A model generated the notes under the pieces. That model was given only the letters and a program-made list of their open reading frames with translations, was not told where the DNA came from and searched no databases. Shown here in pieces: positions 1-10,357 of a stretch of 64,000 bases of DNA (within the stretch, counting starts at the first letter, position 1; every line of letters starts with the position of its first letter). Both the position numbers and the translations under genes were made by a program. Source of the stretch: a virus. The stretch is from the IMG/VR virus record IMGVR_UViG_3300020455_000616; one strand, written 5' to 3'.

Positions 1-792
1 TATTTCTCTTTGCCCATCGTCTTGTATTTGTCTTCCATTCATCTCAATACCACCTGGTAATTTGACTCCTTGGAATTTGCTTAAATTTATACCCCATTGC
101 TTCTTGATTAATGCAGTCAAATAAGGTTTTAAAAATCTATCATTCCAAATTTGATCAGAAGTAGCAGGATCAAGTGCCCTATAACAATCTAAAATTAAAT
201 AGTTACCTGGAACCTGTGTTCTCCAATCAATATCAAGATAAAGTCTATCTTCTCTCTGATTATATCTTATTTGTTTTTGAGTTGATAATAACCAATCCAA
301 ATCTTCAAGATAACTCTTGGTCATTGAATATGTTAGTAATTCAGTTGATCCCAAATAATAAATGTCATTTAAAAATAACTGATACTTGATACTGAACATT
401 CCAGCAGAAAGTCCACCACCACCTTCAAATTTAAAAATCTTTGATACACCCATAACTGAGGGTGGGACTTTTATATAATTACCATTCTCATACCAATTAA
501 AAGTTACATTCCCTTGACCAGGAATATTATCTGTTACAGAAGTAGTAGCAATACCAACTTTACCTCCTTCATGTGGATACTCAACAGTACCCCTATCAAT
601 ATCTTCTTGAGTTATTTTATACTTCAAGAATGCTTGAGTAGTACCATCAAAATGACGTTCATGGAATAATTGAATAGCATCATCTACCAGATCGTCGATC
701 TGTTCTTCTGCAACGTTGATTTCCAATACAGGAGAACCAAGTTGTCTCCTACAATAATCTATTAATCCTTGACGACTGGTTGGTTTGGCCAT
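1..792 (-). CDS. gp13: Neck protein gp13 (runs off the left edge; not in ORF track)
   Basis: Manual translation from ATG at 792: MAKPTSRQGLIDYCRRQLGSPVLEINVAEEQIDDLVDDAIQLFHERHFDG...KQWGINLSKFQGVKLPGGIEMNG, typical of T4-like gp13. Confidence 0.92.
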   Translation of the reverse strand, partial: MAKPTSRQGLIDYCRRQLGSPVLEINVAEEQIDDLVDDAIQLFHERHFDGTTQAFLKYKITQEDIDRGTVEYPHEGGKVGIATTSVTDNIPGQGNVTFNWYENGNYIKVPPSVMGVSKIFKFEGGGGLSAGMFSIKYQLFLNDIYYLGSTELLTYSMTKSYLEDLDWLLSTQKQIRYNQREDRLYLDIDWRTQVPGNYLILDCYRALDPATSDQIWNDRFLKPYLTALIKKQWGINLSKFQGVKLPGGIEMNGRQIQDDGQREI

Positions 793-793
793 T

Positions 794-1024
794 TTACTTA
801 TCTAACAATTGTCCTAACATAGATTTTATATCACTTAGATCAGACTTAAGCCCTTGAATATCTTGTTCAAGGGTTTGTACTTTGTCTATCTCTTTTGATT
901 TTGCTCTCTTTAGGGCAAGGTATTGTTCATGTCCTTTTTTATCGTTATTGATAATGGCATTGGTCTTAGTATCCCTTACGAGATAACTATGACCTTCAAC
1001 CTTTAAAAAACGTGGATTGTACAT
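794..1024 (-). CDS. Conserved cyanophage hypothetical protein (76 aa, C-terminal coiled coil)
   Basis: KVEGHSYLVRDTKTNAIIN motif; tightly packed between the DUF4815 gene and gp13. Confidence 0.8.
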   Translation of the reverse strand: MYNPRFLKVEGHSYLVRDTKTNAIINNDKKGHEQYLALKRAKSKEIDKVQTLEQDIQGLKSDLSDIKSMLGQLLDK

Positions 1025-1026
1025 AA

Positions 1027-4000
1027 TTACGCTAATGCAATTGCCCTTAAGTCACGTATCCTTGGTGGATATGCTTGATCTGTTCCAGTTCCAACAATCT
1101 TAATACTGAAGTATCTAAACTCAGGAAGATCGTCAACACTAAATTCATAATCTGTGAACGGAAGATCATCACTACCATGAGCAAGAACATCCGTCTTAGG
1201 AATTTTCTTATCAGGTAGTCCACTGTTCTTAGCAATATCTTTGATTGCACCATTGACATCCAAATTATCATATCCAGGGAATGGATAGTAAATTGGGTCT
1301 GATTCTAAATCATTTGATATTGAATAGAAGCATCTCAGATCACTAGAAGTATTAGTATATGCTGCCATCAAGACTTTAATCGAAGTAGCAGAATTTTCTA
1401 GTGTAATTGGTTTATTAGCATAGATGAACGCTGTTGGATCTTCTACGATTGTCGATGCTCTAGAATCACCAGCATAATCGGTAATTGGAGCATTAACTCT
1501 GTTACTAATAAGAACCATACCAACTCTATCCAAGTCAATGACTGGAGAGATATCGCTATCTGAGGAAGATAATGTAAATGTTACTTCCATAGACTTGTTA
1601 CCAGGACGACTGTCTAAACGCTCAAGTTCATTGACTCGTGAGGCAATCATTCTAGGTGCATCAAGGTAAGTATCTTCTTCAATATTGATTGGAGTTGCTT
1701 CAGTCTCAACAAAGGACTGTTCAATACCATCAATACTTGTGGCAGTAGTATTCTTCATCTCTGCCTTAATATTAGTATCTGGTAGAACCATTGTTTGAAC
1801 AACAGGTCTTATTGCTTCAAACTGGATGTTTTGAGTTGCATGCATCTCTTCACCACCAGCAGACTTGGATTCATTGATAAACAATTTAGGGAACCCAATT
1901 CCAGTACTACGATCTGTTCCATCAAGAGATGGGTTGATCTTAATGAAGTAAGAATCAAGAGTAATAGATCTTGCAGGAGTAGCATCTTGAAGATCATGTG
2001 TCTTGTTGATACGTCTTAAGGATATTCCATTAATCTCATACTTCTCAACTGGTGTTTTAGATGGATAAGTAAACGGAGTTGTTTGATCAATAGATCTAGT
2101 AATTCCTGTTAACTGACCAGCAGCAATTCCAGTGTAGGAGATGATTTCATCATTAACCCTAATATAGCCAGGGTTAGTAGCAGCAACACCAACATTCTCA
2201 AAGGATTCAAATCCTGAAGTATTAGCAATACCAATAGCAGCAGAACTAGAATTTGAGTACTCTGCGGACAGAGTAGTTATTTTAGTATCAGACTGTACAT
2301 CAGCAATAATAACTTTGTTAGTGTCTTGATGCATACCGTGGTTCTTATGGTTCACTTTAATATGCATACCATCTTCTTCTAAAGTACTTAGTGCATAATC
2401 ACTAATGTTTACATCAGAACCAAATCCAACGGATACCATAGTGGTAATTCCCGTAGAAGGACTAACATATTGAAGTGGTTTTGTACTACTAATTTCAAAG
2501 TCACCTTGAATATCATCTAGAATTAATTCATTAATTCCAGTAACTGCACCTAATGATAGTTGCATGTTTCTACCCAACTGATCATTACCAATTGTAGGTA
2601 TTGATAGAACATCACCAACTTGATATCCAGATCCACCAGCATTAATGGTTGCAGCAATAGCAACACCATTTACACCGTTAGATGTACCAACTGTAATGTC
2701 TGCAGTTGCATTCTTACCATTTCCACTAAAGGAGTCTAAAGATACACCAGTAAAGGTAAACTGAGAACCATTAGTAGGTGTGTATCCAATACCAGCATTA
2801 ATAATACTTAGATCACCAGTTGCAGAACCACCAGCACCAACATAATTTGCAGATGCATTAGCATTTTTCTGAATAACTGTATTTCCAAGAACTAAACCAC
2901 TTGTGTTTACAAGATCATCTGTTGTTACAATAAGTTTCTTAGAATTAAATTCTAGAGAATCTTTAACCAAAGTAGCAATTTGGTTATTACCTTTTGCTAG
3001 TTCTGGGTTGTAGAATGATATTGTTCCAGAGTTTGAAGTAAAGTCAGCATGGTAAAGACTAAACTTAAGATCTTCATACTGACTTGGGTTCCATGTTGAA
3101 CCATTCTGCGACTTGAATAGAGATCCAAGACTTGGTTGTGCGGATACAACAACCTGTCTAGATTCTGGTTGCAGAAGAGTTGTAATGTCAACTTCACCCA
3201 TTCTGGAGATCCAAACTGTATATTCGTTAGACTGTGATAGTAAAACGATACAATGGTCTGTCTTAGGTTCTAAGTAAACAGGTGATGGGAACTTAACCGT
3301 AGTAGGTGTTCCAGCATCTGCTGACTCAAAAATGTCTTTTGCCTCTACAATTGTTTCACCAAAAGGATAAACCTCTTCTGAAGGAACACCAGCAACCATC
3401 GGTCTCAACTGTACCGTTACAGGTAGCAGTGGATCTTTTGTTCTAAAGAAGATGTCTACTTGAGTTACAAAGAATCCAGCATCATTTTGAACAGAGAATG
3501 ACTGTGCAAGAGGATCTTTACCGCCCCTTGCTGGTCTCCTAGGAGGCGTTGGGGGTGGTGTTGGGATTGGGGGTGGTGGAGGTGGAGGAGGGGGTGGTAC
3601 TGGCCTAGGTGGTCTAGGTGGTGGAACCGTAATTATTAGTATCGGTGGTCTAGGTCTAGGTGGTGGCTGTACTGGTGGCCTTGGTGGTGGCGTAGGGGGT
3701 GGTGGGGGAGGTGGAGGTGGAGGTGGTAATGGTACTCTCGTTGTCTCATTACTTGTACTTACTGATTGTGTAGATGTAACATCTGTAGCAGCACGAGTTT
3801 CAGAAGCATTTTGTACATCAAACCTAGGTCTTCTAGTAGATCTGATAGTCTCCTGCATATTATTAATTGTACCTTGAGCAAAGTATGACTCTTCACCAAA
3901 TGTTCCAGTCATTCCACCAATAGTACTATTAGTAGCATTACTTGTTAATCTGAATAACTTAGTTCCAACTTCAAATGATGGGTTAGAAGTAATATTTGGA

Positions 4001-7000
4001 TTAGGAATGAAGAATGATCCAAGAACTGTTCCTACATGATCACTGAATAATCTTATATTAGTAATTTCTGCTTCACCAGTAGCACTTCTAAGTCTCATTC
4101 CTGCTCTTATAAAACCACTATAAAGACCCTGTGTTTGGTCTGCTAGTGATACTGTATCTACGTTAACAAGAACTGAAGAACTTGAATAAGTTGCAGGAAC
4201 TGTATATGACTCATCATAAGGACTTGTTGTAAACACGTCAGTTGGTGAAGCAATTGGTCCTAACTTATGGTTAGATGTTGCTACTCTAAATGATACTCTA
4301 GGAGTTGCTGCATTAGTTGCTGTAACTGTACCTGCAGCCATTGTTCCGTTAACAAGTTGACCAATAGTAAATGTACCACTAATCATCTTAACTTCGATTA
4401 ATTTTGGTACAACAAATGCATTTACATCTTGACCATCAAAGAATCCATAAAGTCTTGTTAATGGTTTGAACTTACGTCCTGTAAATTCTATGTTTCTAGA
4501 CCTCATAAATGCGATGACTGAGGTACTTACTACCTTGTCTCCTTCATTTACAGTATCTGTTTGCTCACTAATTCTAAGTCTTTCACCTGCTCTGGTTGAT
4601 GTACCAGTTCTAGTAGTAGTTGTAGTAGTTGTAGTCTGGAATGAGTTTGTAGTTACAATCTGACTTCCATTATTTCTAGAATTAGATCCTGTTTGTATTC
4701 TATTAGAAGTGTTAGTAGAACTAGATCCAGTCCATGTAGTATTCCATGTACCCCATCTAACAGGTCCTAAACCAGTTTGTGGATCATATCCATCAAATTC
4801 TAACTGTCTACGGGTTTGAGTATAGTTGTCAACTTCAATTCTTTGTGGTTGAAGTCTAACTTGGTCTATCCATATATCAGATGATGGGAATAGTACAATG
4901 TTACCTGTGTAAGTAGTTACAAGATAAGGAGTAACATTCTCAACTCTAGTAGCAAATCCCTGTACAATTCTTGGTGCATCTTGGTAATCTAGGGTTAATA
5001 ATTGACCAGTTCTCTTAATACCATTTCCTATTAAGTCAGTAACAAATCTAGGATCAGCAGTTGCTGAAGCAGTTGTTCCTATACCAATTAAAGATCTAGA
5101 ACCAAGCAATAAATCAACTTCAGTTGTATAGTGTGTTGGTCTTAATTCAAGATTTGATGGGTCAACACTATTAGTTACCTTACCAAGTTTTAATTGAGTT
5201 GCAGTTCCTGAGAAGTTATCAACGTAAATACCAGATTTAAATCGTGTTAAACCAGCATTATCAGGAATAAACAGACTCTCAGTATTAGACTCTAGAAGAG
5301 AGAGTGCAGTATAGTACTCTAAGTTCTGGATTCTATCTTCCAATAATGCAATATCTTGCATCCTATATCTCTTATGAGACTTAAGTAATACTTCTATGTT
5401 CTCAGTATTACAAATATATGGAGGTAATTTACATAAAGCAACTTCCAATGCATCCTCAATGGGAATAGGTGGAACTGGTGTATCAGCAGGAATACCTTTA
5501 ATTAGTTGGAATTGACCATTCTTAGTTAAATATATTCTATCAATTCTTGGTTGATAGTATGAATATTGAATATTAATTGACTCATCAGATGCTAAAATAT
5601 TCTTAGCGGAGTTTGTAGCATCAGAAAATACTCTTGCATTAAATTCAAATGGAGATACCGCAGTTGAATTTAAATCAAAATTAGTTACTCTTGGTCTAAT
5701 ATCAATAATATCACTTAATCTTGTACCTTCTTTGACATCAGGTAATACACAATAATCAATTTGATCATATGATGAAACTGTTGTTATATCACCATCATCA
5801 GTAGATGCATATTCTGCAGATTCAAAAATAACTCTTAATTTTTTCCTAGGATCTTTAGAATTAGGTTTTCTAATAAGACGAGCATAGTCACAAATAGTTT
5901 CTCTTTGTCCACTATCTAAACTAAATCTATCCATAATATTATTGTCACCAGGATCAAAATCATTAATAGTAGCAACTATACCACTCTCAACAAATTCAAT
6001 TTGCTCATTTAATTCAAATCTTAAATCACTTAAGTATACAAATGCTGCTTTGGCACTGTTAATTCTTTCAATATAAAGACCTATTGCACCTGTTGTTTTA
6101 CCAACAAATTCTTCACCAGCAATTAAGTCATCAACACGTCCAGTTGGACCATTCATGTTGAATACAGTAACAGATGGAATTAATGGATCTGCAATACCAC
6201 CAGACTCAAATACACCATAAACTTTAGTTACATCTGGTTCTCCAAGACAAATATCAGTATCCTGAACTCTTAAACCATAACCATAATTACCATAAGTTAA
6301 TCCATCATTTAATGAGGTTGTACCAACACCAGAAGTTACTAATTTAGACTTATTAACAATAATTGAGTTAGTTCTTATTCTATTTTTAACTTTATTCTTA
6401 ATATTAATTTTATTAAGAGTAGCAACTAATCTTGCAGATCCTGCAGTAGCAGATAATCCAAATATTCTTAATTCTCTACCACCATTTGTAAAACGTAATT
6501 TATCTGGTGTTAATTCTTCAGTAACACCTGCATCATTAGTTAAAACATATCTTTCTTCATCATATGCTAAGAATGTTTCATTCTGTCCTGCTTGTATAGT
6601 ATTAGTAGCATTAGCAGTAATAGTTACATCATATTCTTTTCTAATTGTTATATTAGACTCTGTTAAATCAACATTAGCAATCCATGATTTAGGTAGTGGT
6701 GTGTAGAGACTATTATCTGTAGATGATTGGAACTTAGATCCAATTAATTCAAAATCAACTGGTTGAGCTGCTGCAGCAGGAAGACCACCATCACAAACAC
6801 CTGCAACTGTAGTTATACCTGCAATAATAATATTATTATCATCAGTATAACTATCAACTACAGCAAATGTTCTAACTGTTGTTCCACCTAATAAAGGATT
6901 AGTAAATGATACTAAATCACCTGCTTTTACTTTATTCCTAAAACCACCATTAGGAACTGTAACTGTTGATATTCCAGGTGCTGTTCCAGACTTAGGAGTA

Positions 7001-8721
7001 ATGTTTACATTACCGTAAGCAATCTTTGTAAATGGTTTAACATCAGCATTAAATGTACCAACACCAACTGAACTATGAATAGACTCAACTGCACCTATAG
7101 AATGTGCTGTTATTGCTGTTGCAATTCTATTATTATCTACACCATTAAAGATTAATTTTTCACCTGGTGTAAATGTTCCACTTGAGTTATATGCAGTTAT
7201 AATCCCAGTAGTAGTCCCAAACCTTAAGTGTGCTGTTGAACCACTAGACTTACCTTTAATAAAAGTAGGTACAGTTAAAGTTACTGCTTGGTTTACTGTT
7301 ATCTCAGTATATGGTTGAATATCATAAAGTGTTACATCAAACTCATTAGTTGCTGGAAGTGCTGAAGAATATGATCCAGACTCTAATGCATAGTCATATA
7401 CTCTAGCAACACCAATCTCTTTACCTGATGCAACATGATTATCAGCACCAATTCTAGAGTCTCTAAGACTAATACTAGAAGTTGTTGTAAATCCTATTCT
7501 AGGACAACCATATGCTCTATTAACAGTTAGAGTTGGTCCTGTATAGTAGTTTACTGCTTGATTTTTTAATACCTTTTTGACTCTTGTCTTCTCAAAATCT
7601 AGATATACAACATTTCTTACAGGAACTTCAAATCCTTTAATAAATGCTTTACCTGGAGATATTTTATATGTACCTAAATCTGGACTTGGTGTGCTATTAC
7701 CATAAGTTAATTGATTTATACCAAATACACCATTATTACCCTTGTTGTCATTTAATGACTCTTTTGCAGAAATTGTAAATGGTTTTACATAAAAATCACC
7801 AGCATGACTATATGTTCTTCTTGCTAATTCATTTCCAAGTTCATTATACTTAATCTTATCATCAATATGAGATACTGAACCTCCATTGATAACCATCAAC
7901 TCAACAAAGTTCTCATTCTTGTCAGACTCTAAAGGTCTCTTACCTAATTTTACACTAATCTTTAATCTATCTGCACCAGGAGCAGCAAAGTTATTAAATC
8001 CTTTAGCATTATCAGTTAAAGACTGATCTTTACTTGAAGTAATTATCTCTTCTGTAATCTCTAAACCAACTCTATATGTTGGATTCTCATCATGAGGATC
8101 AAGAACCAACATTTCATCTTCGACTCTTACAAACTGTCCTCTTATAAAATATACACCCTCAGATATGAATACTGCAGATCCAATTGATGTAGAATTAGTA
8201 GGAGCAGTTTTAGCACAACCTTGTCCTGCCTGTAAGGTTATCTGTGCTACTTCAGCTACTACATTTTCTTTAAGTAGTAAAGTCTCATTATCATCAAAAA
8301 CATCTTTATCATTAATACCAGACCCAAGATAACTTATGAATAAAGTGACATATCCTCTTGGAGAGAAAAATGGCTCCATATAATCTATAATCTTGGCTTT
8401 TACACCAGAATTAGATCCACTAACTACCTCATTTATTAAATTACTACAATAGTCTAATACGTTTGTACCTAAAAAACTCTCTTCAACTTCAACAGCAAAC
8501 AAGTTGTTGTTATAGTTTATTTGACCTGGAATAACACAAGATCCTTCCTTAAACAGGTGAGTTCCTACTTGCTCTACCTGATTTTGAAGGATCGACTGTA
8601 ATGTTGTTAATTCCCTAGCCTGAATTGGCAATCCTGGCTTGAATAATACCTTATGGAAATTCTTCTCTGCATCAAAATCGTCAAAATAAGGCGATACATT
8701 GAGATTAGTTTCTTGTGCCAT
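1027..8721 (-). CDS. Large virion structural protein, DUF4815 / VrlC-like (2564 aa)
   Basis: N-terminus TNLNVSPYFDDF...VLFKPG...QARELTTLQSILQNQ, APGADRLKI, DPLAQSF, C-terminal PPRIRDLRAIALA; position downstream of gp8. Confidence 0.85.
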   Translation of the reverse strand: MAQETNLNVSPYFDDFDAEKNFHKVLFKPGLPIQARELTTLQSILQNQVEQVGTHLFKEGSCVIPGQINYNNNLFAVEVEESFLGTNVLDYCSNLINEVVSGSNSGVKAKIIDYMEPFFSPRGYVTLFISYLGSGINDKDVFDDNETLLLKENVVAEVAQITLQAGQGCAKTAPTNSTSIGSAVFISEGVYFIRGQFVRVEDEMLVLDPHDENPTYRVGLEITEEIITSSKDQSLTDNAKGFNNFAAPGADRLKISVKLGKRPLESDKNENFVELMVINGGSVSHIDDKIKYNELGNELARRTYSHAGDFYVKPFTISAKESLNDNKGNNGVFGINQLTYGNSTPSPDLGTYKISPGKAFIKGFEVPVRNVVYLDFEKTRVKKVLKNQAVNYYTGPTLTVNRAYGCPRIGFTTTSSISLRDSRIGADNHVASGKEIGVARVYDYALESGSYSSALPATNEFDVTLYDIQPYTEITVNQAVTLTVPTFIKGKSSGSTAHLRFGTTTGIITAYNSSGTFTPGEKLIFNGVDNNRIATAITAHSIGAVESIHSSVGVGTFNADVKPFTKIAYGNVNITPKSGTAPGISTVTVPNGGFRNKVKAGDLVSFTNPLLGGTTVRTFAVVDSYTDDNNIIIAGITTVAGVCDGGLPAAAAQPVDFELIGSKFQSSTDNSLYTPLPKSWIANVDLTESNITIRKEYDVTITANATNTIQAGQNETFLAYDEERYVLTNDAGVTEELTPDKLRFTNGGRELRIFGLSATAGSARLVATLNKINIKNKVKNRIRTNSIIVNKSKLVTSGVGTTSLNDGLTYGNYGYGLRVQDTDICLGEPDVTKVYGVFESGGIADPLIPSVTVFNMNGPTGRVDDLIAGEEFVGKTTGAIGLYIERINSAKAAFVYLSDLRFELNEQIEFVESGIVATINDFDPGDNNIMDRFSLDSGQRETICDYARLIRKPNSKDPRKKLRVIFESAEYASTDDGDITTVSSYDQIDYCVLPDVKEGTRLSDIIDIRPRVTNFDLNSTAVSPFEFNARVFSDATNSAKNILASDESINIQYSYYQPRIDRIYLTKNGQFQLIKGIPADTPVPPIPIEDALEVALCKLPPYICNTENIEVLLKSHKRYRMQDIALLEDRIQNLEYYTALSLLESNTESLFIPDNAGLTRFKSGIYVDNFSGTATQLKLGKVTNSVDPSNLELRPTHYTTEVDLLLGSRSLIGIGTTASATADPRFVTDLIGNGIKRTGQLLTLDYQDAPRIVQGFATRVENVTPYLVTTYTGNIVLFPSSDIWIDQVRLQPQRIEVDNYTQTRRQLEFDGYDPQTGLGPVRWGTWNTTWTGSSSTNTSNRIQTGSNSRNNGSQIVTTNSFQTTTTTTTTRTGTSTRAGERLRISEQTDTVNEGDKVVSTSVIAFMRSRNIEFTGRKFKPLTRLYGFFDGQDVNAFVVPKLIEVKMISGTFTIGQLVNGTMAAGTVTATNAATPRVSFRVATSNHKLGPIASPTDVFTTSPYDESYTVPATYSSSSVLVNVDTVSLADQTQGLYSGFIRAGMRLRSATGEAEITNIRLFSDHVGTVLGSFFIPNPNITSNPSFEVGTKLFRLTSNATNSTIGGMTGTFGEESYFAQGTINNMQETIRSTRRPRFDVQNASETRAATDVTSTQSVSTSNETTRVPLPPPPPPPPPPPTPPPRPPVQPPPRPRPPILIITVPPPRPPRPVPPPPPPPPPPIPTPPPTPPRRPARGGKDPLAQSFSVQNDAGFFVTQVDIFFRTKDPLLPVTVQLRPMVAGVPSEEVYPFGETIVEAKDIFESADAGTPTTVKFPSPVYLEPKTDHCIVLLSQSNEYTVWISRMGEVDITTLLQPESRQVVVSAQPSLGSLFKSQNGSTWNPSQYEDLKFSLYHADFTSNSGTISFYNPELAKGNNQIATLVKDSLEFNSKKLIVTTDDLVNTSGLVLGNTVIQKNANASANYVGAGGSATGDLSIINAGIGYTPTNGSQFTFTGVSLDSFSGNGKNATADITVGTSNGVNGVAIAATINAGGSGYQVGDVLSIPTIGNDQLGRNMQLSLGAVTGINELILDDIQGDFEISSTKPLQYVSPSTGITTMVSVGFGSDVNISDYALSTLEEDGMHIKVNHKNHGMHQDTNKVIIADVQSDTKITTLSAEYSNSSSAAIGIANTSGFESFENVGVAATNPGYIRVNDEIISYTGIAAGQLTGITRSIDQTTPFTYPSKTPVEKYEINGISLRRINKTHDLQDATPARSITLDSYFIKINPSLDGTDRSTGIGFPKLFINESKSAGGEEMHATQNIQFEAIRPVVQTMVLPDTNIKAEMKNTTATSIDGIEQSFVETEATPINIEEDTYLDAPRMIASRVNELERLDSRPGNKSMEVTFTLSSSDSDISPVIDLDRVGMVLISNRVNAPITDYAGDSRASTIVEDPTAFIYANKPITLENSATSIKVLMAAYTNTSSDLRCFYSISNDLESDPIYYPFPGYDNLDVNGAIKDIAKNSGLPDKKIPKTDVLAHGSDDLPFTDYEFSVDDLPEFRYFSIKIVGTGTDQAYPPRIRDLRAIALA
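3533..3735 (-). repeat. Polyproline low-complexity segment within the DUF4815 protein
   Basis: PLPPPPPPPPPPPTPPPRPPVQPPPRPRPP...PPPPPPPPPPIPTPPPTPPRRP immediately before DPLAQSF. Confidence 0.95.
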
Positions 8722-8739
8722 ATCTTTTAAATGATTCCC

Positions 8740-10323
8740 TTAGAATTGCAAAATGACTTTAATGTCTTCTCGTTGATTAGCAGACCTAGTAATAGAAGGT
8801 CTATTGTCAACATAGAGGATAGTACCACTGTACTTTTCAACCTCTGGGTTCGCTACACCTTTAATAAATGTTTGACCCAAGTAATATGTTTTATTATTTA
8901 TGACGGTACTTATACCAGGATTACTGATTGATCCGAATCCGTTGTCTATATATAAGTCTTTCGTACCACCTACAATCTTCAAGTTACCACCAGTAGCAGT
9001 AGTTCCTGTAAAATCGTTTAGTCCATATCCAAATGTAGGAGATGTTTTTTGCGTACCGTCAGTATTAAATCCAACTAAAGATCTATCCTGCCAATATCTA
9101 AGAACACCTGTAGTTTTATCATAAGATACAACTCTTCCTACAGCAGTTTGTCCAGTTCCAACTTGCTGAGTAATATATGAATTTGATTCAAAAGTTGTAG
9201 TTTTATAGTCATCATCATTTGGAGATAATCCTTTTAAAATTATTCCGTTAACAGCACTTGCTCTATCATCTGTAATTACAGAAGTAGATTCAAATGCTTG
9301 TGGATTTTCAACAATTCCAATTCTAGCAACCTTTGTTCCTGTAACAAAGTCTGGGTTTGAATCGTCATTTTCAATTCTAGAGAAGATTAGTACGTTTGAT
9401 GCACCCAACTCTCTGTAAACGTCATATCCATGACCTCCTGCTGGAGGAATAATAATATTAAAGATTGGTGTAGTATTACCAACAGGAACATTACCTGCAA
9501 CTAAATCAACTGATCCATAAGTATAACCACTACCACCATTTGAGATAGTAATTGATTCTACTTTAGAGTCATTGTTTATAACAATAGTACATTCAGCACC
9601 ATATCCATCACCTTTAATTGGAACCCTTGTATATGTCGTGTTAGCAGGACCAACAAGATATCCCCTATTAGCAATAGTAGCAACCTTTATTTGACCACTT
9701 GTTTTAGCGTTATTCCTAATAGGTGTAAAATCACTGTTTGTCTCCCAATCTACAGGAAGAGGAATAAAGTTAAGAGAGTCAAATTTAATAATATCACTAG
9801 GACTAATTGTATAAAGATACTTCCAAATGTATCCATCACCAGAAGTACCAGCAACACGAGGTTCTAAATCAGTGAATTTTGGTTCATCTAGAGATGGTTT
9901 ACCATTTGGGTTTTCTGGATCAATACCATTATGCAAACAAATATAAACTCTAAATTCACTATTTACAACATAAAAGTTAGAAGAATATAAACTAGTCTTA
10001 TTTGAGGAATCTGATAGATTATTCCTGTTTATGTCATGTCTATACATGTCATAGATTGTTGCAGATGCCCAACCCAACTTCCGAACAACGGGTCGAATGT
10101 CATCAGCAGAGATCTTCTTCATTGCGATCATAGTGTCCCAATAGAAGTTTTCGTCATCAAAACAATCCCTAGGAGCAGGAGGACTACTATCCCAGTCGGA
10201 TTTGTTTTCTACAGCATTTGGGAGACCTATGAAGGTATAGTAAGAATCTGTCGAGGAACGAATCTTATCTATAAACGTTCTCGCATTCTTAATTCTCAAC
10301 TGATCAGTTATAATCGCAGCCAT
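8740..10323 (-). CDS. gp8: Baseplate wedge subunit gp8
   Basis: MAAIITDQLRI, YRVYICLHNG, DGYIWKYLYTI, C-terminal SGTILYVDNRPSITRSANQREDIKVILQF; synteny gp6-gp7-gp8. Confidence 0.9.
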   Translation of the reverse strand: MAAIITDQLRIKNARTFIDKIRSSTDSYYTFIGLPNAVENKSDWDSSPPAPRDCFDDENFYWDTMIAMKKISADDIRPVVRKLGWASATIYDMYRHDINRNNLSDSSNKTSLYSSNFYVVNSEFRVYICLHNGIDPENPNGKPSLDEPKFTDLEPRVAGTSGDGYIWKYLYTISPSDIIKFDSLNFIPLPVDWETNSDFTPIRNNAKTSGQIKVATIANRGYLVGPANTTYTRVPIKGDGYGAECTIVINNDSKVESITISNGGSGYTYGSVDLVAGNVPVGNTTPIFNIIIPPAGGHGYDVYRELGASNVLIFSRIENDDSNPDFVTGTKVARIGIVENPQAFESTSVITDDRASAVNGIILKGLSPNDDDYKTTTFESNSYITQQVGTGQTAVGRVVSYDKTTGVLRYWQDRSLVGFNTDGTQKTSPTFGYGLNDFTGTTATGGNLKIVGGTKDLYIDNGFGSISNPGISTVINNKTYYLGQTFIKGVANPEVEKYSGTILYVDNRPSITRSANQREDIKVILQF

Positions 10324-10350
10324 TTTTAGAATTTAAGATTTGCTATGTTT

Positions 10351-10357
10351 TATTTAT
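10351..10357 (-). promoter_or_regulatory. T4-type late promoter (ATAAATA) upstream of gp8
   Basis: Plus-strand tatttat about 28 nt before the gp8 ATG. Confidence 0.6.

Noticed and set aside
3540-3730. G-quadruplex regulatory element in the G-rich plus strand
   Set aside because: Fully explained by Pro codons (CCN) on the coding strand
4611-4640. (GTA/GTT)n microsatellite
   Set aside because: In-frame Thr run in the DUF4815 protein; no sign of phase variation
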